NCBI GenBank assembly: GCA_030829545.1
Contig: JAURAI010000002.1
Location: forward strand, 128,260 to 192,259
Source: Poseidonia sp.
GTDB taxonomy: Archaea > Thermoplasmatota > Poseidoniia > Poseidoniales > Poseidoniaceae
Reading direction: 5' to 3'
DNA: 64,000 nt
How positions within the stretch are numbered: position 1 is the stretch's first letter; the number at the start of each line of letters is the position of its first letter. Made by a program: the position numbers and the translations under genes. The notes below the pieces were generated by a model. It ran no database searches. It was not told where the DNA came from and worked only from the letters and a program-made list of their open reading frames with translations. Shown here in pieces: positions 30,601 through 38,587 of this stretch.

Positions 30601-31160
30601 ACATCGATGTCAACCACGATAGTAACGAGGATGGAATCACCGACAATGACGCTGACTTGGTTGGCAAGACGGTCACCTATACCTTCCGAACGGAAGGTGT
30701 CCACTCCGTCCGAGTGATGGCCTGGGACGAGGACCCAGAACGTCCGGGCTCGAAGGTCATTACCTTCGCCATTTTACCCGCTGACAGAACGCCTCTGGAA
30801 AACATGGGAGCCGCCCTCGTCGGTGAAGAAGCAAACGCTGTTGCGCAAATCGGTTTACTTGTCACCCTTCTGCTCATCCTCACCCTGTTGACGCGCCGCA
30901 AGCGACCCAAAGCAGAAGAAACGGATGTATGGGACCAAGTATCAACCGCTCTTGCAGGTGAACGCCAAGAAAATCGTGACGACCACATCAGCCGTAAGCG
31001 ACCTGAAGGCCCTCCACCAGGCTATCTCTTCGACGCCAATTCACTCGGTCATCCAAATCAAGGTCAACCTCCCATTCCAGAGGAAGGACTGCCAGAAGGA
31101 TGGACTGTTGAACAGTGGAATTACTACGGACAACAGTGGTTGGATTCCCAAGAAAATTGA
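27669..31160 (+). CDS. Giant surface protein paralog A: conserved N-terminal domain, PKD/Ig-like repeat array, C-terminal TM anchor and cytoplasmic tail.
   Basis: Signal MGESLGRRMLPVALVLLLLFNLVP (alternative ATGs at 27642 and 27693). Repeated D-x-D-G-type modules (SESFDEDGGEVSC, TDDDRATATA, VTDSEGASS, VTDDDGAHTS). TM helix IGLLVTLLLILTLL followed by RRKR. The tail ends GLPEGWTVEQWNYYGQQW. Confidence 0.85.
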   Translation: MGESLGRRMLPVALVLLLLFNLVPVEHHEALEKRPVHQSTAGDPGVSDVPTWRIGDRWIYAGTFDPTILVTDTGVDATVGEIQGDTTVEVTGISTQNVDNMSVLAYTLRTSANFDKSGVSLEGYSGNVYIQFTQTEYLRVSDLSPIRSDLDLYIRFVPSGISFLEQLLGDITITTTYSPVNENYDFPLRIDERWTTTTTSSSQWSGQSDYITPFPPPETDTNTTTWVVTDTGKPYNDLGQTIDYGGCNESYEMTSFNSDGISEGYRWYCPEVRNYAWLHTSDDIGLTIDFKLKRYDPVGATGVEPYTNPGIRSDCLDVVPERSITALNTPMQVWVNTSSSCFSNTAGLSLELHHEVEGFVTTLATAANGSAWTTIDVGDALDSSATQLDYASHGLVAKAGNKVGATTVTLDQYLVGLDVFADEGAAVILRTRCTADECVITQLNAISGFNVLPGDVLDIELAFNNRGITTSTASDARLTTPDGVQTTISLPALQTYQAYKLFEIWTVPEDASIGALQIQWEADISGINTADADLQNNLGTIDLFVGRVPTPVAAEAIGLTRETILLDASESFDEDGGEVSCEFYVPFDDGTRTWDYERIVSPSCLLNYTWIDDGVYPVEITVEDEERDETVLILNVSVENRAPKIEVRSQRTEAKVEYPITLYAYANDSDSEEVWPGVVDIYWPGANCKEGYYTRVCTTTATTEGWKTFTAIGTDDDRATATATFDVKFTNIQPHSINIQMIDNDGPIVMDAQDTWHVDEDQMVTVKGQAQDSVDDIEDLTHTWWPDDAQPSLIRVFDGRTSEFEMVWLEAGLHKMRLEVTDSEGASSGIEERWVSVRNVPPVIDPIPFVLPIAEGQTISVTGSATDTPSDAETLVKCWDIDPSMDSNDIGSADDDCDVVGDNLTISWNRSGTHKLVYHVTDDDGAHTSEVLVVQVLNTPPIVRTAAVKCTAYEPCLLDASSTIDALSDIQGLTVVWDIDVNHDSNEDGITDNDADLVGKTVTYTFRTEGVHSVRVMAWDEDPERPGSKVITFAILPADRTPLENMGAALVGEEANAVAQIGLLVTLLLILTLLTRRKRPKAEETDVWDQVSTALAGERQENRDDHISRKRPEGPPPGYLFDANSLGHPNQGQPPIPEEGLPEGWTVEQWNYYGQQWLDSQEN

Positions 31161-31207
31161 CACGATAACGGACATTCTCTTTTGTAGAAGGACATTCACC
31201 TCTGCCC

Positions 31208-34200
31208 ATGAACAGAGCCTCCATGAAGGCAATCCTCCTCGTCGCACTCTTCGTGATGACCTCAGCCTTGACCATGGTTGAATCATCCATTCAACTCGAA
31301 GATGGACCAGCAACAAGCGAAACACAAAGCGGTGCAATTAGAATCGTTGACGTCCCCACGTACCGGGTGGGCGATGAATGGGTATACGACACTAAATTTG
31401 ACGTTGCTCAACTTCTCGCTCAAGCCAATGTTTCTGCTTCGCTCAACACCCTCACCGGAGACACGGTCAACGAAGTGACCGATGTTTTCTATGCCACGGA
31501 TAACAATGGCGACACGGTCTTGGCGTATGAGATTGAAATTGATGGAAGTTTCTCATCTGGCAACAGTGGCGCCACCCTCGAAGGCGTCACCGGACGGTTG
31601 GAAATTGATTACGAAGGCGTTGATATTCTACGTGCTCGTGACCTTGCAACCATCACCAGCGACTTCACCCTTGATGTTAACTTCGCACCCTTGAACCTCG
31701 GTTTCCTATCTCAAAATTTGGGAATCGTGACCTTCGACAACACCTACACACCAGCCAAAGAGCGTCATGATTTCCCGCTGCGAAACGGAGACCAATGGTA
31801 CATGCCCTTCACGGCGGAAACTGAAGTCACAGGTTCCTCTGATTACTTTGACCCTTCTGAATTTGATTCGGAGGAATCCGAAAACAATTCGTGGCAGGTC
31901 GTCAAAAACGAGGCCCCTTCAGAAGACGGTGACACCCCTCAATACACAGGTTGTGACGATTCATACAAGATTGCAGAATGGAATGAAACCGGCGTGAATA
32001 CTGGATTCAACTGGTACTGCCCTGCGGTACGTGGAAGCGTATGGAATCGTATCATCAACTCGGCTGGATTTACCATCGACTGGATTCTCAAGACCTACAA
32101 TCCTGCCGATTCCAATAGCGTCGTGCCTGGTTCTTCACCGGGTGGCCGAAATACGCAGATCGAGGTCTATACGGCATACTCTGCTACCCTGCCCAATTCA
32201 ATGGAGCAAATCTCAATCGATTATTCCGTTGCTGGCTCCCCATCAATCCCGATCAAAAATACAAACCTTCAGCTGAGGTATGAACTTGCGGATACGATTC
32301 ACAATCCAACCACCGACAATAACGGGCTGGCCCAAGTTCCACTCAACGTCTCTTCAGAGGTTGATGACACACCAAGCAGTGATGATCACACCAGCAACGG
32401 CGTGGTCGTCTATGACCCAGCCAACAAAATCGTTGGTGCCACGACCGTTGTCGTCGATTTGAGCGTCGTTGGCGTCGACCTTGTAGCCCAAGCAAATTCA
32501 GCCATTGTTGAACGAACCAGAGGTGGCGTCACAACAACCCTCAGTTCATCAATCGGATTCAATGCCCTTCCCGGCGACACCATTTCCTTCTCGCTCCCTG
32601 CTCAAAACCGTGGGGTGCTGACTTCACCACCGACCTACATGGAAATTCAGACGCCTGATGAAGCGACCGTCCGTGCTATGATTCCAGCCATTGAGCCCTA
32701 CAGCGAGCAGCGCGTACAGGTGAATTGGTCGGTCCCTGAAACCTTGGCTATCGGATTCAAAACCATGCAATTTACCGTTGACCCAGACCAAAATGTCACC
32801 GCCGATGCAAACCGAAGCAATAACGAGGCAACACTCTCGATTTTCATCGGACGTTCGCCCACAGGAGATTTGATTGTTGATGAAGGAAAATACACCTTCG
32901 AGAATGTCACCTTGAACGCTACTGCCAGTTTTGACGAGGACGGAGGTTCAGTCGATTGTGTCTTTGAAATTGAATCGCGAATCGGCCTGGTCGACATCAT
33001 CGAAGCACCCGGCTGTTGGACCCAGTGGAACTGGTCAAACAGTGGCTCTTGGACGGTGAAAGTTCTCGTGGTCGACGAGGAATTGGATACCGACGAAGTT
33101 CAATTGGAAGTTATTGTCCTCAACCGTCCGCCTGCATTCAACCTCACCCATCCCGAATCGGTCTTTGTTGAATCCAAAGTGACCGTTGAGGCCATCGATA
33201 TTGTTGATATTGACACCTCGTCTCCCTCTGGCCAACAAGTATCCATAGCGTGGCCAACCCTTGACTGCGACGAAGGGTTGACCCAACCGACCTGTACCTT
33301 TACGCCGATGTTCGAAGGACCTGTTAACATCACTGCGGTTGCGACGGACGATGATGGTGCCAAAACGACCGCCTACTCATCCATCGATGTTCTCAACATT
33401 GCTCCGACCTTGGACTATCCACAACTGTGGAAAGGTGGAGAGGAACTTCTTCTCGATGAGAATGGTACGTGGCATTTGAATGAAGATGAGGTTGCCCTCT
33501 TGCGCGTCACGGCAGCGGATTCTGCCAACGATGCAGGTACACTCATCATCGAATGGCACCCATCTGCTGAATATCAAGATTGGACCATTACCAGCGTTGG
33601 CATCAGTTCCTCTGAGGCCGTTTCATGGCCAACTTCTGGCCCGCATATCATCCAAGTGCGCGCCATTGATGCAGACGGTGCGAGTTCTGACCCGCTCCAA
33701 GCCAACATCATGATTCACAACGTTGCTCCAACCGTAACGGGTCTTCCAATCTTTGAAGCCGTTGAGGAGGATGCAGAATACACCCTTTCAGTGACGGCCG
33801 AAGACACCGCATCAGACCAAGATTCCCTTGAGATTTGCTGGGACTTTGACCGCAATGTGGACGTTGATAATGACGGCATGGGAGACAATGACTGCGAAAT
33901 GGAAGGTCTGTCGGTCTCAACGTCATGGTCAACTGTCGGCATGCAATGGATCACGGTGACCGTGACCGATGACGACGGTGAAAGCGCACAGCAATCAATG
34001 AACATAAGCGTCGTCAACAGAGCTCCTCTTCCTGAAATCTCTTACCAGAATCTCGCTCTTGAAAACTTGACAGAAGGTGACAACCTTACCATCAGCGGAT
34101 TTGAAACCATTGACTCTCCAAGCGATAAAGCCATTCTCACATATCAGTGGGACGCATCTCACCTCGACACTGACCTCGACGGAAGTAAGGTCGGTGACGT

Positions 34201-34795
34201 TGATTACTCAGGCCCAACTTGGATTATTGAAGACCTTCCTGCCGGCACCTGGACCATCGTTCTCACCGTCATCGATGACGATGGTGAATCAGGACAAAGC
34301 GAGATTACAATTCTTGTCGCACAAGCACCAGCAGAAGGCTTCTTTGAAACCATCAGTTCCTCGGTTGGAACCACGACTGCAATGATCATCGTTGTCTTGG
34401 GCTTTGTGATTGTTGGACTCGTCGTCTTCTTGCTCTTTACTCGCCAAGGCAGTTCAAAAGACGAAGACTTCTCATCATTTGGACAACAGATGAACAGTGG
34501 TTTGCCTGCCATGGAGATGGCTCAGCCTGCTGCCGCACCTACCGTGGCACCTGCAGTCGTATCTGCCCCCGCAGCCGAACCTGCACTTCAACAAGAAGTC
34601 TACAACAGTGGACCTCCCTTGCCGGCGAGTGGCTTACCTGCGGGCTGGACAATGGAACAGTGGAACTACTACGGTGAGCAGTGGTTTGCCGCGAATCAGC
34701 CAGCACCAGCGCCTGTTCAACCCATAGTTTCACAAACACCTCCTACCCCTGCCTCAGACCAGTTGAGCTCGTTATTGGACGATTTAGACTTCTGA
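31208..34795 (+). CDS. Giant surface protein paralog B, a tandem duplicate of the upstream gene.
   Basis: Colinear with paralog A: VPTYRVGDEWVY vs VPTWRIGDRWIY, DFPLRNGDQW vs DFPLRIDERW, WYCPAVRG vs WYCPEVRN, and the same repeat modules. TM helix MIIVVLGFVIVGLVVFLLF. The tail contains GLPAGWTMEQWNYYGEQW. Confidence 0.85.
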   Translation: MNRASMKAILLVALFVMTSALTMVESSIQLEDGPATSETQSGAIRIVDVPTYRVGDEWVYDTKFDVAQLLAQANVSASLNTLTGDTVNEVTDVFYATDNNGDTVLAYEIEIDGSFSSGNSGATLEGVTGRLEIDYEGVDILRARDLATITSDFTLDVNFAPLNLGFLSQNLGIVTFDNTYTPAKERHDFPLRNGDQWYMPFTAETEVTGSSDYFDPSEFDSEESENNSWQVVKNEAPSEDGDTPQYTGCDDSYKIAEWNETGVNTGFNWYCPAVRGSVWNRIINSAGFTIDWILKTYNPADSNSVVPGSSPGGRNTQIEVYTAYSATLPNSMEQISIDYSVAGSPSIPIKNTNLQLRYELADTIHNPTTDNNGLAQVPLNVSSEVDDTPSSDDHTSNGVVVYDPANKIVGATTVVVDLSVVGVDLVAQANSAIVERTRGGVTTTLSSSIGFNALPGDTISFSLPAQNRGVLTSPPTYMEIQTPDEATVRAMIPAIEPYSEQRVQVNWSVPETLAIGFKTMQFTVDPDQNVTADANRSNNEATLSIFIGRSPTGDLIVDEGKYTFENVTLNATASFDEDGGSVDCVFEIESRIGLVDIIEAPGCWTQWNWSNSGSWTVKVLVVDEELDTDEVQLEVIVLNRPPAFNLTHPESVFVESKVTVEAIDIVDIDTSSPSGQQVSIAWPTLDCDEGLTQPTCTFTPMFEGPVNITAVATDDDGAKTTAYSSIDVLNIAPTLDYPQLWKGGEELLLDENGTWHLNEDEVALLRVTAADSANDAGTLIIEWHPSAEYQDWTITSVGISSSEAVSWPTSGPHIIQVRAIDADGASSDPLQANIMIHNVAPTVTGLPIFEAVEEDAEYTLSVTAEDTASDQDSLEICWDFDRNVDVDNDGMGDNDCEMEGLSVSTSWSTVGMQWITVTVTDDDGESAQQSMNISVVNRAPLPEISYQNLALENLTEGDNLTISGFETIDSPSDKAILTYQWDASHLDTDLDGSKVGDVDYSGPTWIIEDLPAGTWTIVLTVIDDDGESGQSEITILVAQAPAEGFFETISSSVGTTTAMIIVVLGFVIVGLVVFLLFTRQGSSKDEDFSSFGQQMNSGLPAMEMAQPAAAPTVAPAVVSAPAAEPALQQEVYNSGPPLPASGLPAGWTMEQWNYYGEQWFAANQPAPAPVQPIVSQTPPTPASDQLSSLLDDLDF

Positions 34796-34804
34796 GGTAC
34801 ATCC

Positions 34805-35362
34805 ATGGTCAATTTGTGGCATTTTTTCGGACTCCCCGACCCCGAGGGAAATGCCCCTGTGGCTCGACGCCGGACTCCAAACCCTGCTGAACAACCTGTT
34901 GCTCTTGAAACCGCTCCGGTGGCAGGTACAGAAAGCAAACCAAAGCCAGCCTCTGCAACGAAATCCAACAGTTCTGGTCTACGACCTGTGCCTCTTGGAT
35001 GGACCGGTCCACTTACGCCCGATGGTGAACCCTTTCACGACCTCGGCATGGTCAGATCGCCACCTCTACCGCTTCCGACCCAGGCTTTACGGTACGTTGC
35101 ACCCGATGAAATGAAACGAATTCACGCCCAGTCCATACTCAAAAGAGTGATTCAAGGGGATACTGTGATCGTAGACCTTCGCCCACTTGTCCATATGGAC
35201 AGTCACCAAATGGCATGCAGAAGAGAACTCAAACACATGGGTGATCAGGCGGGGGTTGAGATTTTTGCACTTGATAATGAGGATAAATTGCTGATGATTC
35301 CCGGGCTTGACATCGTCGTTGACATGCAGAAGCGAGAATTGGGTTTGACACCCTTGCTGTGA
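34805..35362 (+). CDS. sepF: SepF-like cell-division protein (FtsZ membrane anchor family) with a long Pro-rich linker.
   Basis: The N-terminal MVNLWHFFGL resembles the SepF amphipathic membrane-targeting helix ending in FFG(L/M). The C-terminal ~85 aa (VIQGDTVIVDLRPL...GVEIFALDNEDKLLMIPGLDIVV) is colinear with the SepF/DUF552 core. Call made from pattern only. Confidence 0.6.
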   Translation: MVNLWHFFGLPDPEGNAPVARRRTPNPAEQPVALETAPVAGTESKPKPASATKSNSSGLRPVPLGWTGPLTPDGEPFHDLGMVRSPPLPLPTQALRYVAPDEMKRIHAQSILKRVIQGDTVIVDLRPLVHMDSHQMACRRELKHMGDQAGVEIFALDNEDKLLMIPGLDIVVDMQKRELGLTPLL

Positions 35363-35364
35363 AT

Positions 35365-35934
35365 TTAGAGCAGCGATGCGAGGGCCTCAAGATGCTCCAA
35401 AGCACCTGAGGCAAGACCGAGTACGACTGATTCAGAACCCTCGATGAGCGTTGCATGTTCGCCCATGGGGCCATGAAGGTCATATCCTCCGGCTTTGCCC
35501 TTCCATGAGCCAGAATCAATGAGTTGAGAAAAAACTTCATCTGAAAATTCGGGGAAGGCCACAACGGCATGTTCACACCAGAAGGTCCACGTGCCGTTCC
35601 AATACAAACCGCTGGCCGTCCAAACTTGATGATGACGCCCTGAAAGACGATGGAGCATGACTGCTGCATGGGCTTTGCTGGTGGGTTTTCCGATGCTCAA
35701 GGAGTGGTCATCAGGGTCACTGATCATGGTATCTGCTACGAGGATGGCATCAAAGTTGGTGGATTCATTGAGCGCCGCAGCCTTTCGTTTGCAGATACTC
35801 AGAACTTGGGACTCCACCGTGCCGCTTGGCGGTGATTCATCAACACCATCAAGACCCTCTTGGTGCAATGACGGATAGATGGGTCGCAACATAGCCGCCC
35901 GACGGGGTGACGCTGAGGCTAACCAGAGTTTCAT
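35365..35934 (-). CDS. maf: Maf-family nucleoside triphosphate pyrophosphatase.
   Basis: MKLWLASASPRRAAML N-terminus and GKAGGY motif region (WKGKAGGYDLHG). Confidence 0.85.
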   Translation of the reverse strand: MKLWLASASPRRAAMLRPIYPSLHQEGLDGVDESPPSGTVESQVLSICKRKAAALNESTNFDAILVADTMISDPDDHSLSIGKPTSKAHAAVMLHRLSGRHHQVWTASGLYWNGTWTFWCEHAVVAFPEFSDEVFSQLIDSGSWKGKAGGYDLHGPMGEHATLIEGSESVVLGLASGALEHLEALASLL

Positions 35935-36024
35935 GCATTACCCTTAGAGCGAGGGGTCAAGGAGATTCCGCTTCATCATGAACAGGGGTGACCTTGAAGA
36001 ATCGGAAGGTATAGCAAGGGCTGA

Positions 36025-36753
36025 GTGAGCCAAATGTCAACCTTGGAACGAATCCCCACCCATATTGAAGGCCTGGATGAAAACATGCAGGGAGGTATCC
36101 CCCAAGGTCACATCAGCATCGTTGCTGGTGCATCCGGTGCCATGAAGTCAAGTCTGACCTTCTCAATGCTCTACAATGCCGTGCTGTACGGTGAAACCAG
36201 TGGAATCTATGTGACGCTTGAACAGGGCAAGGATTCCCTCCGCTCTCACATGGCCAACATGGGGATGAACGTTGATGATCCGCGTGTACGAAACCGAATT
36301 GCGATCATCGATTTGGCTGACCTCCGCGTTCAACTTGACGAGCAAGGCATGAGTAACAGAGTTGACTGGATGGGTCAACTCATCAAGCAATTAACATCCT
36401 ACCGTCAATCCATTGGGTTTGAACTCCTCGTCTTTGACTCCCTCGGGGCCTTTTTCACGTTGACCAAGATGGAGAATCCCCGTGATGAAATTTTCCGCCT
36501 CTTCGAAGCGGTACGCCGGTTGGAACTAACCTCTTTCTTCATCTGCGAAATGACCGGAGAAGACAACAAGCAATTCGGGGAATACGGTGTTGAAGATTAT
36601 CTTTCAGACGGCGTTGTTCATTTGGTCATGGAACGACACGGTGACGACGTCATGCGTAAACTCGGCATCGTGAAGATGCGCCACACCAATCACATTCTTG
36701 GTTACAAGCCATTCACGTGGAAGCCAGAAGAACAGCGCTTCACGATTCTTTGA
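36025..36753 (+). CDS. Single-domain KaiC/RadA-like (RecA-superfamily) ATPase with an atypical P-loop.
   Basis: RIPTHIEGLDENMQGGIPQGHISIVAGASGAMKSSLTF is colinear with the KaiC-domain N-terminus. Walker B is LLVFDSLG. GTG start at 36025 or ATG at 36034. Confidence 0.7.
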   Translation: MSQMSTLERIPTHIEGLDENMQGGIPQGHISIVAGASGAMKSSLTFSMLYNAVLYGETSGIYVTLEQGKDSLRSHMANMGMNVDDPRVRNRIAIIDLADLRVQLDEQGMSNRVDWMGQLIKQLTSYRQSIGFELLVFDSLGAFFTLTKMENPRDEIFRLFEAVRRLELTSFFICEMTGEDNKQFGEYGVEDYLSDGVVHLVMERHGDDVMRKLGIVKMRHTNHILGYKPFTWKPEEQRFTIL

Positions 36754-36754
36754 A

Positions 36755-38578
36755 TCACTCGACGGTCACTGACTTGGCGAGGTTGCGAGGACGGTCGACG
36801 TCTTTGCCCAAATGCAGTGCAGTCGAATAGGCAATCAACTGAAGTGGGACCACCGTCAACAAAGGAGTCAACCACGGATGGATGCGTGGAACGGCGATTG
36901 AAACATCACCTTCGGATGCAATGACGTCACCTTCTTCGTGAATGAGAATAATTTTGGCACCTCGGGCTCGGCACTCGTGCAGAGCGGAGAGGGTTTTTTC
37001 TTTCAGGTGGTCGTTGGGAGCGATGATCACTACCGGGCTGCCTTCCTCCAACAGAGCGATTGGTCCGTGTTTCATCTCGCCAGCAGGGTAGGCAAGACAC
37101 GGGATGTATGCCAATTCCATGAGTTTCAAGGCACCTTCTTTTGCTACTGGTGCGGAGAGGCCACGACCCAAAAAGAGAACCGATTTGGCCTCTGCAAGAA
37201 GAGCAACTGCTTCATCGATAGGGCCTGGGTTTTCAAAATAAGATTCCATCAGATGAGGTGCCTGTTGAAGTTGTTCAATGACCTCTCTACCTTTGGCCTT
37301 CGAGAGGTTGCGAGTCCTTCCCAATTGGGTTGCAAAGATGGTTAACGCTGCCACCATATTCGTGAAGGCCTTGGTGGAGGCCACGGATTGTTCAGGACCC
37401 GAGTGAATGTAGACTCCCTGGCCACAAAGTCTTGCAATGGTGGAACCGACGACATTGACGACGCCAAATACCTGTCCACCCTTGAGTTTGATCTCCTTCA
37501 CTGCTGAGATCGTGTCCGCTGTCTCTCCAGATTGAGACACAGCGAGGTAAATTGCTTTTGGATTGATGACCGGGTCGTTGTTTCGGAATTCACTGGAAAT
37601 ATGTGTTACTGCGGGTATACGTGCCATTTTTTCAATCAGCATTTGACCAATCTCGGCGGCGATATTTGCTGTTCCACATCCAAGCAATCTCACATGTGGA
37701 GCCTGAATCATGGTGGAATGACCCAATCGCATGCCGCCCAAGCGGCCCGACCCCATCTCCCTGTCAACACGACCTGCGATGCATTGACGAAGCGCTTCGG
37801 GTTGTTCGTAGATTTCCTTATGCATGAAATGAGGCGAAGCCCCGAGGTCAGATTCCGACCATGAGTCTTCCAGAACGGTGACCGTCGGGTCGACCGAATG
37901 CCCTTTTCCAGTCACCATGGTCATGGAATCCCGGGTGAGGATGGCAAGGTCGCCATCCTCCATGTAAACCACTCGTTGGGTGTGCGCGGAGAGAGGGTGT
38001 GGGTCACTTGAAACGAACATTTCATCATCGCCTTGCCCGATGATCAAAGGGGAACCGTTACGGGCGCAAATCAAGAGTTCGTGGTCGACGAAAAGGATGG
38101 CCAATCCCCATGTCCCACGTGCGAGGGCGAGGGTTCGTTCCACTGCTTCTTGCGGTGTGGCCCCTGCAGCGAGTTCAATGCTCATTAGGTGGACAAGAAC
38201 TTCTGAATCAGTTTGACCCACGCATTCGATGCCGTGAGATTGGACACGCCGATGAAGGGACCTGAAATTCTCAATAATTCCATTGTGGACAAGGTGAATC
38301 TTGCCGTCGTGAGAGGCGTGTGGGTGAGTGTTGACGAAGGTGACACCTCCGTGAGTGGCCCACCGCGTATGAGCGATTCCCATCGTACCGGGAACTTCTT
38401 CGGGCAAAACGGATTGAAGTTCTTGGACCTTGCCGACCGTTTTGTGCACCGTAATCTTGTCACCATCATGAATGGCAACACCGGTTGAATCATAGCCACG
38501 ATATTCAAGGCGACGTAGCCCTTCAACCAATACAGGAACGGCTGGCCGAGTTCCTATGTATCCGAAAATTCCGCACAT
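36755..38578 (-). CDS. glmS: Glutamine--fructose-6-phosphate aminotransferase (isomerizing).
   Basis: MCGIFGYIG Ntn-amidotransferase start, two SIS domains, and the canonical C-terminal ...KSVTVE. Confidence 0.95.
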   Translation of the reverse strand: MCGIFGYIGTRPAVPVLVEGLRRLEYRGYDSTGVAIHDGDKITVHKTVGKVQELQSVLPEEVPGTMGIAHTRWATHGGVTFVNTHPHASHDGKIHLVHNGIIENFRSLHRRVQSHGIECVGQTDSEVLVHLMSIELAAGATPQEAVERTLALARGTWGLAILFVDHELLICARNGSPLIIGQGDDEMFVSSDPHPLSAHTQRVVYMEDGDLAILTRDSMTMVTGKGHSVDPTVTVLEDSWSESDLGASPHFMHKEIYEQPEALRQCIAGRVDREMGSGRLGGMRLGHSTMIQAPHVRLLGCGTANIAAEIGQMLIEKMARIPAVTHISSEFRNNDPVINPKAIYLAVSQSGETADTISAVKEIKLKGGQVFGVVNVVGSTIARLCGQGVYIHSGPEQSVASTKAFTNMVAALTIFATQLGRTRNLSKAKGREVIEQLQQAPHLMESYFENPGPIDEAVALLAEAKSVLFLGRGLSAPVAKEGALKLMELAYIPCLAYPAGEMKHGPIALLEEGSPVVIIAPNDHLKEKTLSALHECRARGAKIILIHEEGDVIASEGDVSIAVPRIHPWLTPLLTVVPLQLIAYSTALHLGKDVDRPRNLAKSVTVE

Positions 38579-38587
38579 CTCTCTTCC

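Noticed and set aside
35229-35669. 146-aa minus-strand ORF bridging the sepF-like 3' end and maf.
   Set aside because: It is in a different frame from maf, which has a textbook N-terminus and motifs over the same bases. The ORF has no features of its own.
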